Source: Desulfomonilia bacterium (GTDB lineage Bacteria > Desulfobacterota > Desulfomonilia > UBA1062). From it: 64,000 nt of DNA. Positions 29,619 through 39,723 of the stretch are shown here, piece by piece. The position numbers and the translations under genes were made by a program. Location of the stretch: the NCBI GenBank assembly GCA_050014195.1, contig JBEKDT010000009.1, positions 64,001-128,000 of the forward strand, given 5' to 3'. The notes under the pieces are model-generated. The model worked only from the letters and a program-made list of their open reading frames with translations. It did no database searches and had not been told where the DNA came from. Positions within the stretch are counted from its first letter, which is position 1. Every line of letters starts with the position of its first letter.

Positions 29619-29854
29619 GTTGATGAGCTCGTTTTTCTTGATATCAAGGCCACTATCGAAGGTAGGGAGCCGCCATGGTCTTCACCAACATCTATAACCC
29701 AAGGGCGGAAATTTCCAAGATGGACCAGGTCCGCCCGACCCCCGTCAAGAAAGCCGACACCCTGGGGGCCAACTGCACCATTGTCTGTGGTCACACCGTC
29801 GGATTGTGGTATTGCTTATCGGTAAAAATATGCCGGTTTAGTATAAATAAATGA
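29619..29854 (+). pseudogene. Chimeric relic: HisF-like fragment joined to a WbpD-like acetyltransferase fragment
   Basis: 29619-29675 reads [18 protein letters not shown]. From 29675: [43 protein letters not shown], matching [43 protein letters not shown] in the intact gene. Confidence 0.8.
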
Positions 29855-29921
29855 TCACAAATTGACAGGCCTAAATATGCAGGACAGATTATGCCGCGAA
29901 AGATAGAGGTTTATGGGATAG

Positions 29922-31241
29922 TTGAATATTAACAAACACTTTAAGAATTTTATATCAGTGTGCGCTGCCCAGGTAAACAGATCTACGTCCGAGAGCAGGT
30001 TCATTAAGGACGTAATAAAAATTACTTCAGGTACTGCATTGGGGCAAGCTGTTGTTGTATTGTTTTCGCCTGTCCTTACCCGTCTTTATTCACCAGGTGA
30101 TTTTGGTGTCTTTGCGGTATATGCTTCACTACTAGGTGTGATTACAGTTATTGGATCTATGCGCTATGAACTGGCAATTCCATTGCCAAGCGATGATCAA
30201 ACTGCTGCCAATGTCCTTGTCTTAGCGTTGCTTTTCACCATGGGGGTGTCGTGTTTGTCGGGGTTGGCAGTATGGGCTCTAGGCGACCGAATTGTAAGCT
30301 GGACCAAGACCCCTACCTTACGGCCATATCTTTGGCTTTTGCCGGTTGGAATATTGGGTGCAAGCTCATACATGGCTTTTAACTATTGGGCCATTCGGAA
30401 AAATGATTATGCTAAAATTGGTCATACAAAATTTGTGCAAGGCATTATGCTCACATTAACCCAAATTAGTCTCGGAATTGTTCATATCAAACCATTTGGC
30501 CTATTATTGGGTCTGGTAGTTGGTCATACTACGGGAATAGGAACATTGGCATCTTCTGCTTGGCGGAATAGTAAACATAGCTTTAATAATGTTTCGATTT
30601 CCGGTATACTTAAAGCGGCTGCCAGATATCGCCGTTTTCCCTTGGTTTCAAGTTATTCATCCTTGCTGGACAGTTTAGGAGCGCAAGCCCCTGCTTTTTT
30701 ACTTGCCGTTTTTTATGGACCAGTGGTTGCAGGGTGGTTTGCCCTTTCTCAAAGAGTTGTTGGTGTGCCATTAACCTTGCTTGGAAGATCAGTAGATCAG
30801 GTTTATTTGGGACAAGCAAGTCGTCTGATGGGTACTAATCAGAAAGGCCTACGTGGGCTGTACTTAGATACCGCAAAAAAACTACTATTAACGGGACTGG
30901 TTTTTATAATTCCCTTTGGTTTGTTAGCACCATGGTTATTTAAGATAATTTTTGGGTCGGGTTGGCTGGAATCCGGACGTTATACACAGATAATGGCTCC
31001 AATGATCCTAACGCAGGTCGTCATTGCGCCACTTTCCCAAACATTAAATTTTCTTGAGCGCCAAGATATTCAGCTTTTATGGGTTGTCATATGGGTAGTG
31101 TCTGTTATTGGAAGCCTGGGAATTGCATATTATTTTAACTTGTCTGCTGCCTTTGCAGTTATAATGTGCTCCACAGCAATGGCTTTTTCTTATGTGCTCC
31201 ATTTTTGTTTTTGCCTGTATGTGCTCAAGAAAAGGGATTAA
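29922..31241 (+). CDS. wzx: Oligosaccharide flippase
   Basis: PVLTRLYSPGDFG, RYELAIPLP, about 12 TM segments; start uncertain. Confidence 0.88.
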   Translation: MNINKHFKNFISVCAAQVNRSTSESRFIKDVIKITSGTALGQAVVVLFSPVLTRLYSPGDFGVFAVYASLLGVITVIGSMRYELAIPLPSDDQTAANVLVLALLFTMGVSCLSGLAVWALGDRIVSWTKTPTLRPYLWLLPVGILGASSYMAFNYWAIRKNDYAKIGHTKFVQGIMLTLTQISLGIVHIKPFGLLLGLVVGHTTGIGTLASSAWRNSKHSFNNVSISGILKAAARYRRFPLVSSYSSLLDSLGAQAPAFLLAVFYGPVVAGWFALSQRVVGVPLTLLGRSVDQVYLGQASRLMGTNQKGLRGLYLDTAKKLLLTGLVFIIPFGLLAPWLFKIIFGSGWLESGRYTQIMAPMILTQVVIAPLSQTLNFLERQDIQLLWVVIWVVSVIGSLGIAYYFNLSAAFAVIMCSTAMAFSYVLHFCFCLYVLKKRD

Positions 31242-31339
31242 TATCAACATGTCATCTATTATTTATAGCCTGGTAATTCTACAAATATTTTCATGTTTAC
31301 CTATTATCTAATACACTACTTATAAAAAGGTATTTCTGT

Positions 31340-33295
31340 ATGTGCGGTATTGCGGGAATTTTAAATCTTAATGGCAAACCGGTTGACTTAAAAATACTGG
31401 CCAATATGACTGCAATCATTAAACACCGGGGGCCTGACGGCAATGGGATTATGCTCTTTGATCCGAAGTTCAGCGAAGGCCAAAACGGGATCATAGAATA
31501 TAAAGACCAGATATTGAAACTTGAGGGCACGGAAGATAACCATTCTAATTATAATGTCGGACTCGCCCACGCCCGGTTGAGTATTATTGACCTATCTGAG
31601 CGAGGCCATCAGCCTATGTGCAACAGAGACGAGTCTTTGGGGATTGTGTACAATGGCGAGATATACAACTACCTAGAGATAAAGGCGGAACTGGTTTCAA
31701 AAGGTTATGAATTCAAATCGAAAACTGACACTGAAGTTATTCTATACGCATATCAGGAATGGGGGGTTGACTGCCTTACCAGGTTTAACGGGATGTGGGC
31801 ATTTGCAATCTGGAATCGGCGGGAAAAGAGGTTGTTTTGTGCAAGGGACAGGTTTGGGGTGAAGCCATTTTACTATTATTTGGATGAGCACACTTTCGTT
31901 TTTGCCTCCGAGATAAAGCAAATATTGGAATGTAAAGAATACGAGAGGAACCCGAACGAACCGTTAATTTATGATTATTTGGTAATGGGTTTTGAGGATC
32001 ATACGAGAGAGACTTTTTTTAAGAACATCTATCAACTTAAAGGTGGTGAATATGCAATTCTTGATTTAAATAAGAGGACATTCGAAAAGAAAAGATATTA
32101 TGATTTAAACGGTATTAATAAATTAGTTTGCAAAGAGTCGGACTATTATCTTCGTTTCAGGGAACTATTTACTGACTCTGTCAAACTAAGATTGAGAAGT
32201 GATGTTCCAGTTGGGAGCTGTCTTTCTGGCGGGCTGGATTCATCAGCCGTAGTTTCAATTATCGCAACACTATGGAAAGAGAAAGAGAGGGTTTTATTTA
32301 ATACATTTACTGCGTGCTGGGACGATAAAAAGATAGATGAGAGAAAATATTCAGAAGCAATTGTTGAATCCTCAGGCTTCAGCGGCAACTTTATTTATCC
32401 TTCCTCTGAAGATCTGACAGAGGACTTGGCCAGTCTTCTTTGGCATCAGGAAGAACCCTTTGGAAGCCTTTCAATTTTTGCTCAGTGGTCCGTCATGAAA
32501 GCAGCACAAAAGAAGGGTATAAAAGTTCTTTTAGACGGTCAAGGAGGAGATGAAGTTTTTTGCGGATATGAAAGATATTATGCATATTATCTATCAGCTC
32601 TATTGAAGCAGTTTATGCTTAGGGAATTCATTAATGAGTTTATAAAAGGTGTAGAAAATTCTAAACTAAAATTATCCGGAATGATCTTATATTATATTTA
32701 TTTTAATTGTGTACATGTTCGTGCCCTACGTCATCATATTAAATCATATAGAATATTAAATCCAAATTTTTTCATGAATTATGACATATTAGTTCGTCTT
32801 AAAAATGGCTTTAAAGAAGCTAATGATTTGTCTGAGCTTCAAAGAAACGAAATTCAAGGAGTTCAACTTTCACATCTTCTTAAATATGCTGATAGAAATT
32901 CTATGGCTTTTTCTATTGAAACACGGCTACCATTTCTTGATTATAGATTAGTTGAATTTGCATTATCAATTCCCATGGGATTATTAATCCATGATGGATG
33001 GACTAAAAATATAGTAAGAGAAGGTCTGAAAAGGATAATACCAGATGAAATTAGGAGAAGGAAAGATAAGATTGGGTTTGAAGTTCCACAAGATTTATTT
33101 ATAAAACATATCTTAGAAAATTATTTTAATGATATTAATGAAAATAGCTTGATTAGCACATATTTCAATAAAAAATGGTTATTAAAAGATATAAAAACTA
33201 TAAGTCGAAAAAACCCTATCATATGGAAAACATTATGTCTAGATTTATGGTTCAAAGTATTTTTTGAAAACGCCTATAATAATTTTAATCAATGA
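31340..33295 (+). CDS. asnB: Asparagine synthase-like amidotransferase (uronamide formation likely)
   Basis: MCGIAG, HRGPD, LSGGLDSS, GQGGDE, DRNSMAFSIETRLPFLD. Confidence 0.93.
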   Translation: MCGIAGILNLNGKPVDLKILANMTAIIKHRGPDGNGIMLFDPKFSEGQNGIIEYKDQILKLEGTEDNHSNYNVGLAHARLSIIDLSERGHQPMCNRDESLGIVYNGEIYNYLEIKAELVSKGYEFKSKTDTEVILYAYQEWGVDCLTRFNGMWAFAIWNRREKRLFCARDRFGVKPFYYYLDEHTFVFASEIKQILECKEYERNPNEPLIYDYLVMGFEDHTRETFFKNIYQLKGGEYAILDLNKRTFEKKRYYDLNGINKLVCKESDYYLRFRELFTDSVKLRLRSDVPVGSCLSGGLDSSAVVSIIATLWKEKERVLFNTFTACWDDKKIDERKYSEAIVESSGFSGNFIYPSSEDLTEDLASLLWHQEEPFGSLSIFAQWSVMKAAQKKGIKVLLDGQGGDEVFCGYERYYAYYLSALLKQFMLREFINEFIKGVENSKLKLSGMILYYIYFNCVHVRALRHHIKSYRILNPNFFMNYDILVRLKNGFKEANDLSELQRNEIQGVQLSHLLKYADRNSMAFSIETRLPFLDYRLVEFALSIPMGLLIHDGWTKNIVREGLKRIIPDEIRRRKDKIGFEVPQDLFIKHILENYFNDINENSLISTYFNKKWLLKDIKTISRKNPIIWKTLCLDLWFKVFFENAYNNFNQ

Positions 33296-34470
33296 GTAAT
33301 ATAGATATCAGACATAGAATTGCTTTTATTATACCTCTTTTTATTTATGCAGGTTATTTTAAGTCATCAACATTTGATTTTGCTAGGTGGTATTCAGATC
33401 TTACTTTTTGGTTATTAATTTTTATTATATTAGTTCAATTATCTAAGATAAATTCTAATAAGATTCACTTTCGCAAATTCAATCCGGTCTTTTTCATCTT
33501 CCTGCCAATATCGTTCATGATATTGATTTCTGTTCTATTCGGCGAACTAACATCTAATGGTTTAATAAAAATGAAAGGTTTTATAGTAATATTAATCCCT
33601 ACTGTTCTAGTCAGCTTCTGGGTCATAAAGAATGAAGCTGATCTTAAGTACTTAGGTAATGGAATCATTGCATTGGGGCTTTTTACCAGTGCATATATTT
33701 TATCTAATTCAATATATAAGTCATGGGGAAATGTACAGTATTTGTCCTGCGGCACTATGACATCATTGGGCGGGCTTGTTTCAATTCATAGATTTTTAGT
33801 TGAGATCAAGAAGAGATGGTTTTACTTTTTATCATGTTGTATCTGTTCTATAGGTGTTATAGTAAGCTATGCACGTGGCCAGCAACTTATCTATTCCTTA
33901 ATATTATGTTCCATGTTGACATATTATTTTTGCTTTATCCGAGAGAAAATAAAGAAGAAAGTTATAGTGATATTCTGTCTAATTATATTATCAATACTTA
34001 TACTAATTGTTTACAATACCAAGTTAAGCTTGGATGAGAATTTTCTATATAGATTTGGTGAGAATTATTTTGAAGAAGGATTAGATTTACGATTTATATT
34101 ATTTGAAAATGCTCTGACATTATTCAGACAAAACCCCTTCATCCCGGCTGGAATAGGACAATACTCAGTAGAATTTCAAGGAGAAATAATTAGATATCCA
34201 CATAATATACCCTTAGAATTTGCTGCAGAGTTTGGTTTTATTGGACTTCTTTATTACTGCTTATTAATCATGGGAGTTTTTTATGGTTATTTACGATTTA
34301 GAAAAAACAAAATTATTAGAGAACATCTAATTATATACGTTTTTCTTTTTTTAATATCCTTAAAACAAGGATATATTTATGAGGATAAGGATTTCTGGAC
34401 ATGGTCGGCTTTAGGCTTAGGATTTTTAGGTTGGCATAGAGTAGTTCTTGACAGGTATGGATCCAGATAA
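33292..34470 (+). CDS. wzy: O-antigen polymerase/ligase-family membrane protein
   Basis: Very AT-rich, many TM segments, SYARG, GIG, YPHNIPLE. Confidence 0.75.
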   Translation: MSNIDIRHRIAFIIPLFIYAGYFKSSTFDFARWYSDLTFWLLIFIILVQLSKINSNKIHFRKFNPVFFIFLPISFMILISVLFGELTSNGLIKMKGFIVILIPTVLVSFWVIKNEADLKYLGNGIIALGLFTSAYILSNSIYKSWGNVQYLSCGTMTSLGGLVSIHRFLVEIKKRWFYFLSCCICSIGVIVSYARGQQLIYSLILCSMLTYYFCFIREKIKKKVIVIFCLIILSILILIVYNTKLSLDENFLYRFGENYFEEGLDLRFILFENALTLFRQNPFIPAGIGQYSVEFQGEIIRYPHNIPLEFAAEFGFIGLLYYCLLIMGVFYGYLRFRKNKIIREHLIIYVFLFLISLKQGYIYEDKDFWTWSALGLGFLGWHRVVLDRYGSR

Positions 34471-34542
34471 AAGAAAAAGAAGAAGATCTAACTGTAATAG
34501 GCAGTGTGGTACATCAAGACTAATTTGGCAGATACATTTAAA

Positions 34543-35670
34543 ATGATAGCAACTGCAATCCTAACATCAGCCCACGACATATCTGACACCCGAATTTTTT
34601 ATAAAGAATGCAAAACTCTTGCAGGAGCTGGATACCAGGTCACCTACATTGTACCACATGAACAGGATCATTTTCTTAATGGAGTGTGTATTCATTCTGT
34701 CCCAAAGCCTAAAAACAGATTGGATCGCTTCATTTATACAATTTGGAATGTGTATAAGGCAGCAAAAATCGAAGATGTAGAATGTTATCATTTCCATGAT
34801 CCTGAACTAATACCCATTGGTTTGTTATTGAAGATTAAAGGTAAAAAGGTCATCTATGATGTACATGAAGATGTACCCAAACAGATTCTGAATAAAAATT
34901 GGATTCCTTCTATTCTCAGATCTGTAGTGTCTAAGGTTACAGGTTTTGTTGAACATCTAAGCGCGTTGTTCTTTGATGGGATAATTGCAGCTACACCAGA
35001 TATTGCTAGTAATTTTCCTGAAACAAAAACAATCATTGTTCAAAATTTTCCTATTCAGCACGAATTAACAACATCTCATCCTACGCCATATTGTAAAAGA
35101 TCCCCAATCATTGCATACGTAGGAGGGATATCAGAAATTCGTGGTATTAAGGAGATGATCCGTGCAATGAGCATACTAAAGCCACATTGCGGGGCGTGTA
35201 TACATATAGGTGGCACATTTTACCCATCCAATCTAGAAGAAGAAGTAAAAAATCTAACAGGTTGGGCTCATGTAAAATACATGGGTTGGCTATCCCGTGA
35301 GCAGATTTCACATCTGCTCAATAACGCAAGAATAGGTTTAGTTCTCCTTCATCCGAAAAAAAATTATCTACTAAGCTATCCAATAAAATTGTTTGAATAT
35401 ATGTCAGTGGGAATCCCTGTTATAGCATCTGATTTTCCGCTTTGGAGAGAAATTATTGAAGGCGCAGGTTGTGGTCTTCTGGTTAATCCCCTTGATCCAA
35501 AAGCCATTGCAGATTCAATACTATGGTTGCTCGAACATCCTGAAGAAGCCGAAATCATGGGGAAAAGAGGACAAGAGGCAGTTAGACATCGATATAATTG
35601 GCAGAATGAAGAAATTAAGTTATTAGATTTTTACAGCAAGATCCTAGGTAACATAAATAATTGTATCTGA
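34543..35670 (+). CDS. Glycosyltransferase family 4
   Basis: DTRIFYKE, HFHDPEL, YDVHED, PIKLFEYM. Confidence 0.92.
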   Translation: MIATAILTSAHDISDTRIFYKECKTLAGAGYQVTYIVPHEQDHFLNGVCIHSVPKPKNRLDRFIYTIWNVYKAAKIEDVECYHFHDPELIPIGLLLKIKGKKVIYDVHEDVPKQILNKNWIPSILRSVVSKVTGFVEHLSALFFDGIIAATPDIASNFPETKTIIVQNFPIQHELTTSHPTPYCKRSPIIAYVGGISEIRGIKEMIRAMSILKPHCGACIHIGGTFYPSNLEEEVKNLTGWAHVKYMGWLSREQISHLLNNARIGLVLLHPKKNYLLSYPIKLFEYMSVGIPVIASDFPLWREIIEGAGCGLLVNPLDPKAIADSILWLLEHPEEAEIMGKRGQEAVRHRYNWQNEEIKLLDFYSKILGNINNCI

Positions 35671-35671
35671 A

Positions 35672-36349
35672 ATGTTACTACTTGATTGCGCTGATAAAAG
35701 CATGAGGAGAAAAGATTTGTTTGAAAGGATTCTCATTTTAGCACCACACACGGATGATGGTGAATTTGGTTGTGGTGGAGCGATATCAAAGTTTATCGAT
35801 TTGGGGAAGGAAGTGTATTATGTTGCTTTTTCGGATTGTAAAAAATCCCTTCCTCCGGATATGGCGCCTGATACCCTAGTGAAAGAACTAATGAGCGCAA
35901 CCAAGATACTAGGTGTCCCTCCTTCGAATGTTATCGTAAAAGAATTTGAACTACGGTGCTATGAAAGAGATCGACAAGAGATACTTGAGGAGATTATTAT
36001 CATCGGGAAAGATATTAACCCTGATCTAGTGTTCTTGCCCTCACCAAATGATTTACACCAGGATCATGAGACGATAGCTATGGAAGGTCTCCGCGCCTTC
36101 AAGCTGTCAGCTACAATTCTCGGCTATGAAATGCCTTGGAATAATTTGACATTTAATACTACTTGTTTCATAGGCCTGACAGAACAAAATCTTCAAAAAA
36201 AGGTCGAGGCGCTTCGATGTTACAAGTCTCAAGCTGAAAGATTTTATGCGACAGAGGAATTGGTTCGATCTTTGGCAATCACAAGGGGAACTCAAGTAAA
36301 CACACACTATGCTGAAACCTTTGATGTGCTTAGATGGCTTATAAAATAA
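35672..36349 (+). CDS. PIG-L/LmbE-family de-N-acetylase
   Basis: APHTDDGE and HQDH metal-binding motifs, YKSQ. Confidence 0.9.
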   Translation: MLLLDCADKSMRRKDLFERILILAPHTDDGEFGCGGAISKFIDLGKEVYYVAFSDCKKSLPPDMAPDTLVKELMSATKILGVPPSNVIVKEFELRCYERDRQEILEEIIIIGKDINPDLVFLPSPNDLHQDHETIAMEGLRAFKLSATILGYEMPWNNLTFNTTCFIGLTEQNLQKKVEALRCYKSQAERFYATEELVRSLAITRGTQVNTHYAETFDVLRWLIK

Positions 36350-36389
36350 CAAGAAAAATTAATCCTACTATCCTCGTAGGAATATCCAC

Positions 36390-37718
36390 ATGAAGCACGA
36401 CATTGATGAATTGGAAACACTCACTTATGAGCAGAGCTATAATGGAATAGATAGGGCTCTTCTCATACAGCAGCTGAAGTATGTCGCAGAAAACAGTCTT
36501 TTTTATCTGGAGAAATACGAAGAACATCGTTTAGAAAAAAATGATATCATCGACGTGAATAACTTTGAATTAGTGCCCTTTACTTATAAAGAAGAACTAT
36601 TGAGAGAGCAGGAAAAATATCCACCATTTGGTCGCTTGGCAACAAAGGATAATCAACACCATCTTCGTCGTGTACACATGACTTCAGGTTCAACAGGCAG
36701 ACCTCTGTATGTTGTATTAACTGAGAATGATTTGTTTGCAACTGTTGAAGCAGGACGTCGGGCATTTCTCTGTGCTGGGCTTAATGATGAAGATACGGTT
36801 ATTCACTGTCTGAACTACTGCTTATGGGCTGGAGGGCTGACTGATCACCTCAGTCTTGAGGCTACAGGTGCTACGGTTATCCCCTATGGCGTTGGGAACA
36901 CCAAACAACTTCTTCGGACAATTATTAATCTGAGACCAACAGCCATTTCTTGCACACCATCTTATCTGACAAGGCTGGAGTATATTTTGCGTGAGGAGTT
37001 TCAGTTATCCCCTGCTGCCCTTGGTCTTGAAAAGGCGTTCTTGGGGGGTGAGGGAGGTCTACAGAACCCGTTGGTGCGATCACGTATTGAAGAAACATGG
37101 AAAATGAAAGCAATTGATGCCAACTATGGAATGGCCGATGTCTTGAGTATATTTGGAGCGGAATGTGAGGCTCGAACAGGGTTGCATTTTCATGGGCAGG
37201 GTATCTTATATCTCGAACTCATTGATCCTTCATCTAATAAGAATTTACCAGTTGTAGATGGAGTAGTTGCTGAAATGGTTTTAACGAATCTAAGAAGAGA
37301 AGCTCAGCCTCTTGTGAGATATCGTACCAGAGATCTCATTCAAATTGTGTCAACCAGCCAATGCACATGTGGACGAAAATCATTCCGATTCCTTGTAATG
37401 GGGCGCACAGATGACATGATCACAGTTCGTGGTATTAATGTCTACCCAAATGCAATTGCAAATATCCTAGTGAAGCATCCAGAATGGTTCAGTGGAGAAT
37501 ATGAACTTATTGTGGATACACCTCCCCCAATTGAAATGCCACTCTTGCGGGTTGAATTATCTGCAAGTATTGAGTCAATTAATAATGAATCGCTTAGTTA
37601 TTATTTGATTAAAAAGTGTCATGAAAATCTTAATTTCAGACCCCGTATAGAGTTCATGGCACATGGTCATTTTCCCCGGACTGAAGGTAAGACCAAAAGA
37701 CTTAGGAAGATATACTGA
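36390..37718 (+). CDS. Phenylacetate-CoA ligase-like adenylate-forming enzyme
   Basis: TSGSTGRP, YGMAD, YRTRD, GRTDDM...GINVYP, GKTKR. Confidence 0.9.
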   Translation: MKHDIDELETLTYEQSYNGIDRALLIQQLKYVAENSLFYLEKYEEHRLEKNDIIDVNNFELVPFTYKEELLREQEKYPPFGRLATKDNQHHLRRVHMTSGSTGRPLYVVLTENDLFATVEAGRRAFLCAGLNDEDTVIHCLNYCLWAGGLTDHLSLEATGATVIPYGVGNTKQLLRTIINLRPTAISCTPSYLTRLEYILREEFQLSPAALGLEKAFLGGEGGLQNPLVRSRIEETWKMKAIDANYGMADVLSIFGAECEARTGLHFHGQGILYLELIDPSSNKNLPVVDGVVAEMVLTNLRREAQPLVRYRTRDLIQIVSTSQCTCGRKSFRFLVMGRTDDMITVRGINVYPNAIANILVKHPEWFSGEYELIVDTPPPIEMPLLRVELSASIESINNESLSYYLIKKCHENLNFRPRIEFMAHGHFPRTEGKTKRLRKIY

Positions 37719-37884
37719 ATAAGATATCTTGCCACCTATAATTTAGGGATACTGATGAACAAGCGAACTCATCTATTAAGAGATTTAGTAGGATATCTTC
37801 ATCTGAAAAGATTACGAATTATCCTTCACACTATTTTACCTCAATTAATGTGTATTGATCAAAAGTCATTAGGGGGATATTAAT

Positions 37885-38766
37885 TTGAAAGTAATAACTA
37901 GTATGCACATTGCACAGTTCCTCGGGAAAACTTTACAAGGAGAACCAAACCCGATTTTTAAACCTGCAAACCTAAGCGATTGTGGACCGAATGATATTGT
38001 CTGGGTGAAAAGCTATACACAGGAACGACTTATTTTGCTTGAAAAAAGACAACCAGGATTAGCTATCTGTGATATGAAAACATCAGAAAAAACAACAGTT
38101 CCTACTATTCTATCAGAAAATCCACGGCTTGATTTCATTCGTGTGCTAAACCATTTTTATCTTGAGAAGAGAGAAGCTTGTATACACCCCACTGCAATCA
38201 TTGAGAAGAGCGCAACAGTTGGCAAAGATGTTACCATAGGTGCATATGCCTATATAGGTCATGATGTATTAATAGGTGACGGATGCAACATAGGAACTGG
38301 TGTAGTCATAGAAGGCAAAGTTTGCCTAGGAAATAGGTGCGTTATAAAGTCTAATGCTGCCCTTGGTGGACAGGGATTTGGTTTTGAATATGATGAATAC
38401 GGAAATCTAATTCATTTCCCGCATCTTGGAAGTATTATTACTGAAGATGATGTCTGGATTGGGTCCTGTTCTACAGTAGAAATTGGAACACTTGGAGCTA
38501 CTAGGATTTTTCGTGGTTCAAAAATTGATGATCTGGTTCAAGTGGGACATAATGTCACTGTCGGTCGAAACACGCTAATAATGGCAAACACAGTTCTTTG
38601 TGGTGGTTGCAGTATAGGTGAGAGGTGCTGGATAGCACCGAACAGTGTCATAAAAGAAAAGGTAAACATTGGGGACAATGTTACAGTTGGGCTAGGATCA
38701 GTGGTGCTAAGAGATGTAGAGGATGGAGTTGTAGTAGCAGGAGTTCCGGCAAAACCTCTCCAATAG
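37885..38766 (+). CDS. LpxD-like left-handed beta-helix N-acyltransferase
   Basis: NPRLDF, IHPTA, GFGF, KIDDLVQVGHNV, AGVPAK. Confidence 0.85.
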   Translation: MKVITSMHIAQFLGKTLQGEPNPIFKPANLSDCGPNDIVWVKSYTQERLILLEKRQPGLAICDMKTSEKTTVPTILSENPRLDFIRVLNHFYLEKREACIHPTAIIEKSATVGKDVTIGAYAYIGHDVLIGDGCNIGTGVVIEGKVCLGNRCVIKSNAALGGQGFGFEYDEYGNLIHFPHLGSIITEDDVWIGSCSTVEIGTLGATRIFRGSKIDDLVQVGHNVTVGRNTLIMANTVLCGGCSIGERCWIAPNSVIKEKVNIGDNVTVGLGSVVLRDVEDGVVVAGVPAKPLQ

Positions 38767-38808
38767 AACGTGAAATTAAAGAGTCTGTTTTAAGAGTGGA
38801 GGTTAATA

Positions 38809-39723
38809 ATGTATCGTATAAAAAAGTTCGAGATTAGGGCATCAGAGATAGCCGATTATCTCAATGAACAGCTTGTAGGAAATGATTTCATCATTACAAG
38901 TCCTCATTCCATTAGAACATACAAATCTTCTGAACACTCATCGATGGAAGTCAATAGAAGTCGAAGCCAGATATTGATCATTTCTGATCATCCTGTGCCA
39001 GTAGATTTATGTACAGGCTATATAATTTCACAGAACCCTGATCTTGACTTGGCATATATATTACGCGAATTTTTCTCTACAGCTCCAATTAACCAAATCC
39101 ATTCATCTGCGATGATTTCAGAAGAAGCCCGTATAGGGAGAAATGTAATGGTAGGTGCTCATACTATTATTGGTCCTGATGTTACAATTGGAGATAACAC
39201 AAAAATTTTTCATAATGTTGTAATAAATGGCCTTGTCCATATTGGCAAATTCTGTGTTATCAAAGATGGCGCAGTTATTGGTAGTGAGGGATGGGGTTTC
39301 ATTGACGATGAAGATGGTATTCCCTTTCATCCTCCTCAATTAGGTCTTATCAGTATTGAAGACAGGGTTTGGATAGGTTCGAACTCAACAATTGAACGTG
39401 GCATGATTGAAGAAACAGTGATTCATGCTGATGTAAAAATCGACGACCTTGTTCATGTCGGGGCAGGATCACACTTAGGACAAAAAAGTAAACTCACTGC
39501 AGGTGTTGTAGTAGCTTCTCATGTTACAATAGGGGAAAATGTTTATATTGCACCCAATGCAGTAATTCGGGAAGAGTTGAATATTGATGATGACGTAGTT
39601 ATTGGCATGGGTGCAGTTGTCATTAACAATCTTACTTCTGGCAATAGATATGTAGGCAATCCAGCCCGATTAATCAGAAAGAAGAAAAGGCAGACTGATG
39701 ATGAAAAAGATACAGTTTCCTGA
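38809..39723 (+). CDS. Second LpxD-like left-handed beta-helix protein
   Basis: IHSSA, GSEGWGF, GSNSTIERG, KIDDLVHVGAGS, VGNPAR. Confidence 0.85.
   Translation: MYRIKKFEIRASEIADYLNEQLVGNDFIITSPHSIRTYKSSEHSSMEVNRSRSQILIISDHPVPVDLCTGYIISQNPDLDLAYILREFFSTAPINQIHSSAMISEEARIGRNVMVGAHTIIGPDVTIGDNTKIFHNVVINGLVHIGKFCVIKDGAVIGSEGWGFIDDEDGIPFHPPQLGLISIEDRVWIGSNSTIERGMIEETVIHADVKIDDLVHVGAGSHLGQKSKLTAGVVVASHVTIGENVYIAPNAVIREELNIDDDVVIGMGAVVINNLTSGNRYVGNPARLIRKKKRQTDDEKDTVS

Noticed and set aside
37885-39723. Calling these genes lpxD
   Set aside because: They are not in the bamA-skp-lpxD-fabZ-lpxA context, lack the C-terminal helical domain, and lie within an O-antigen locus
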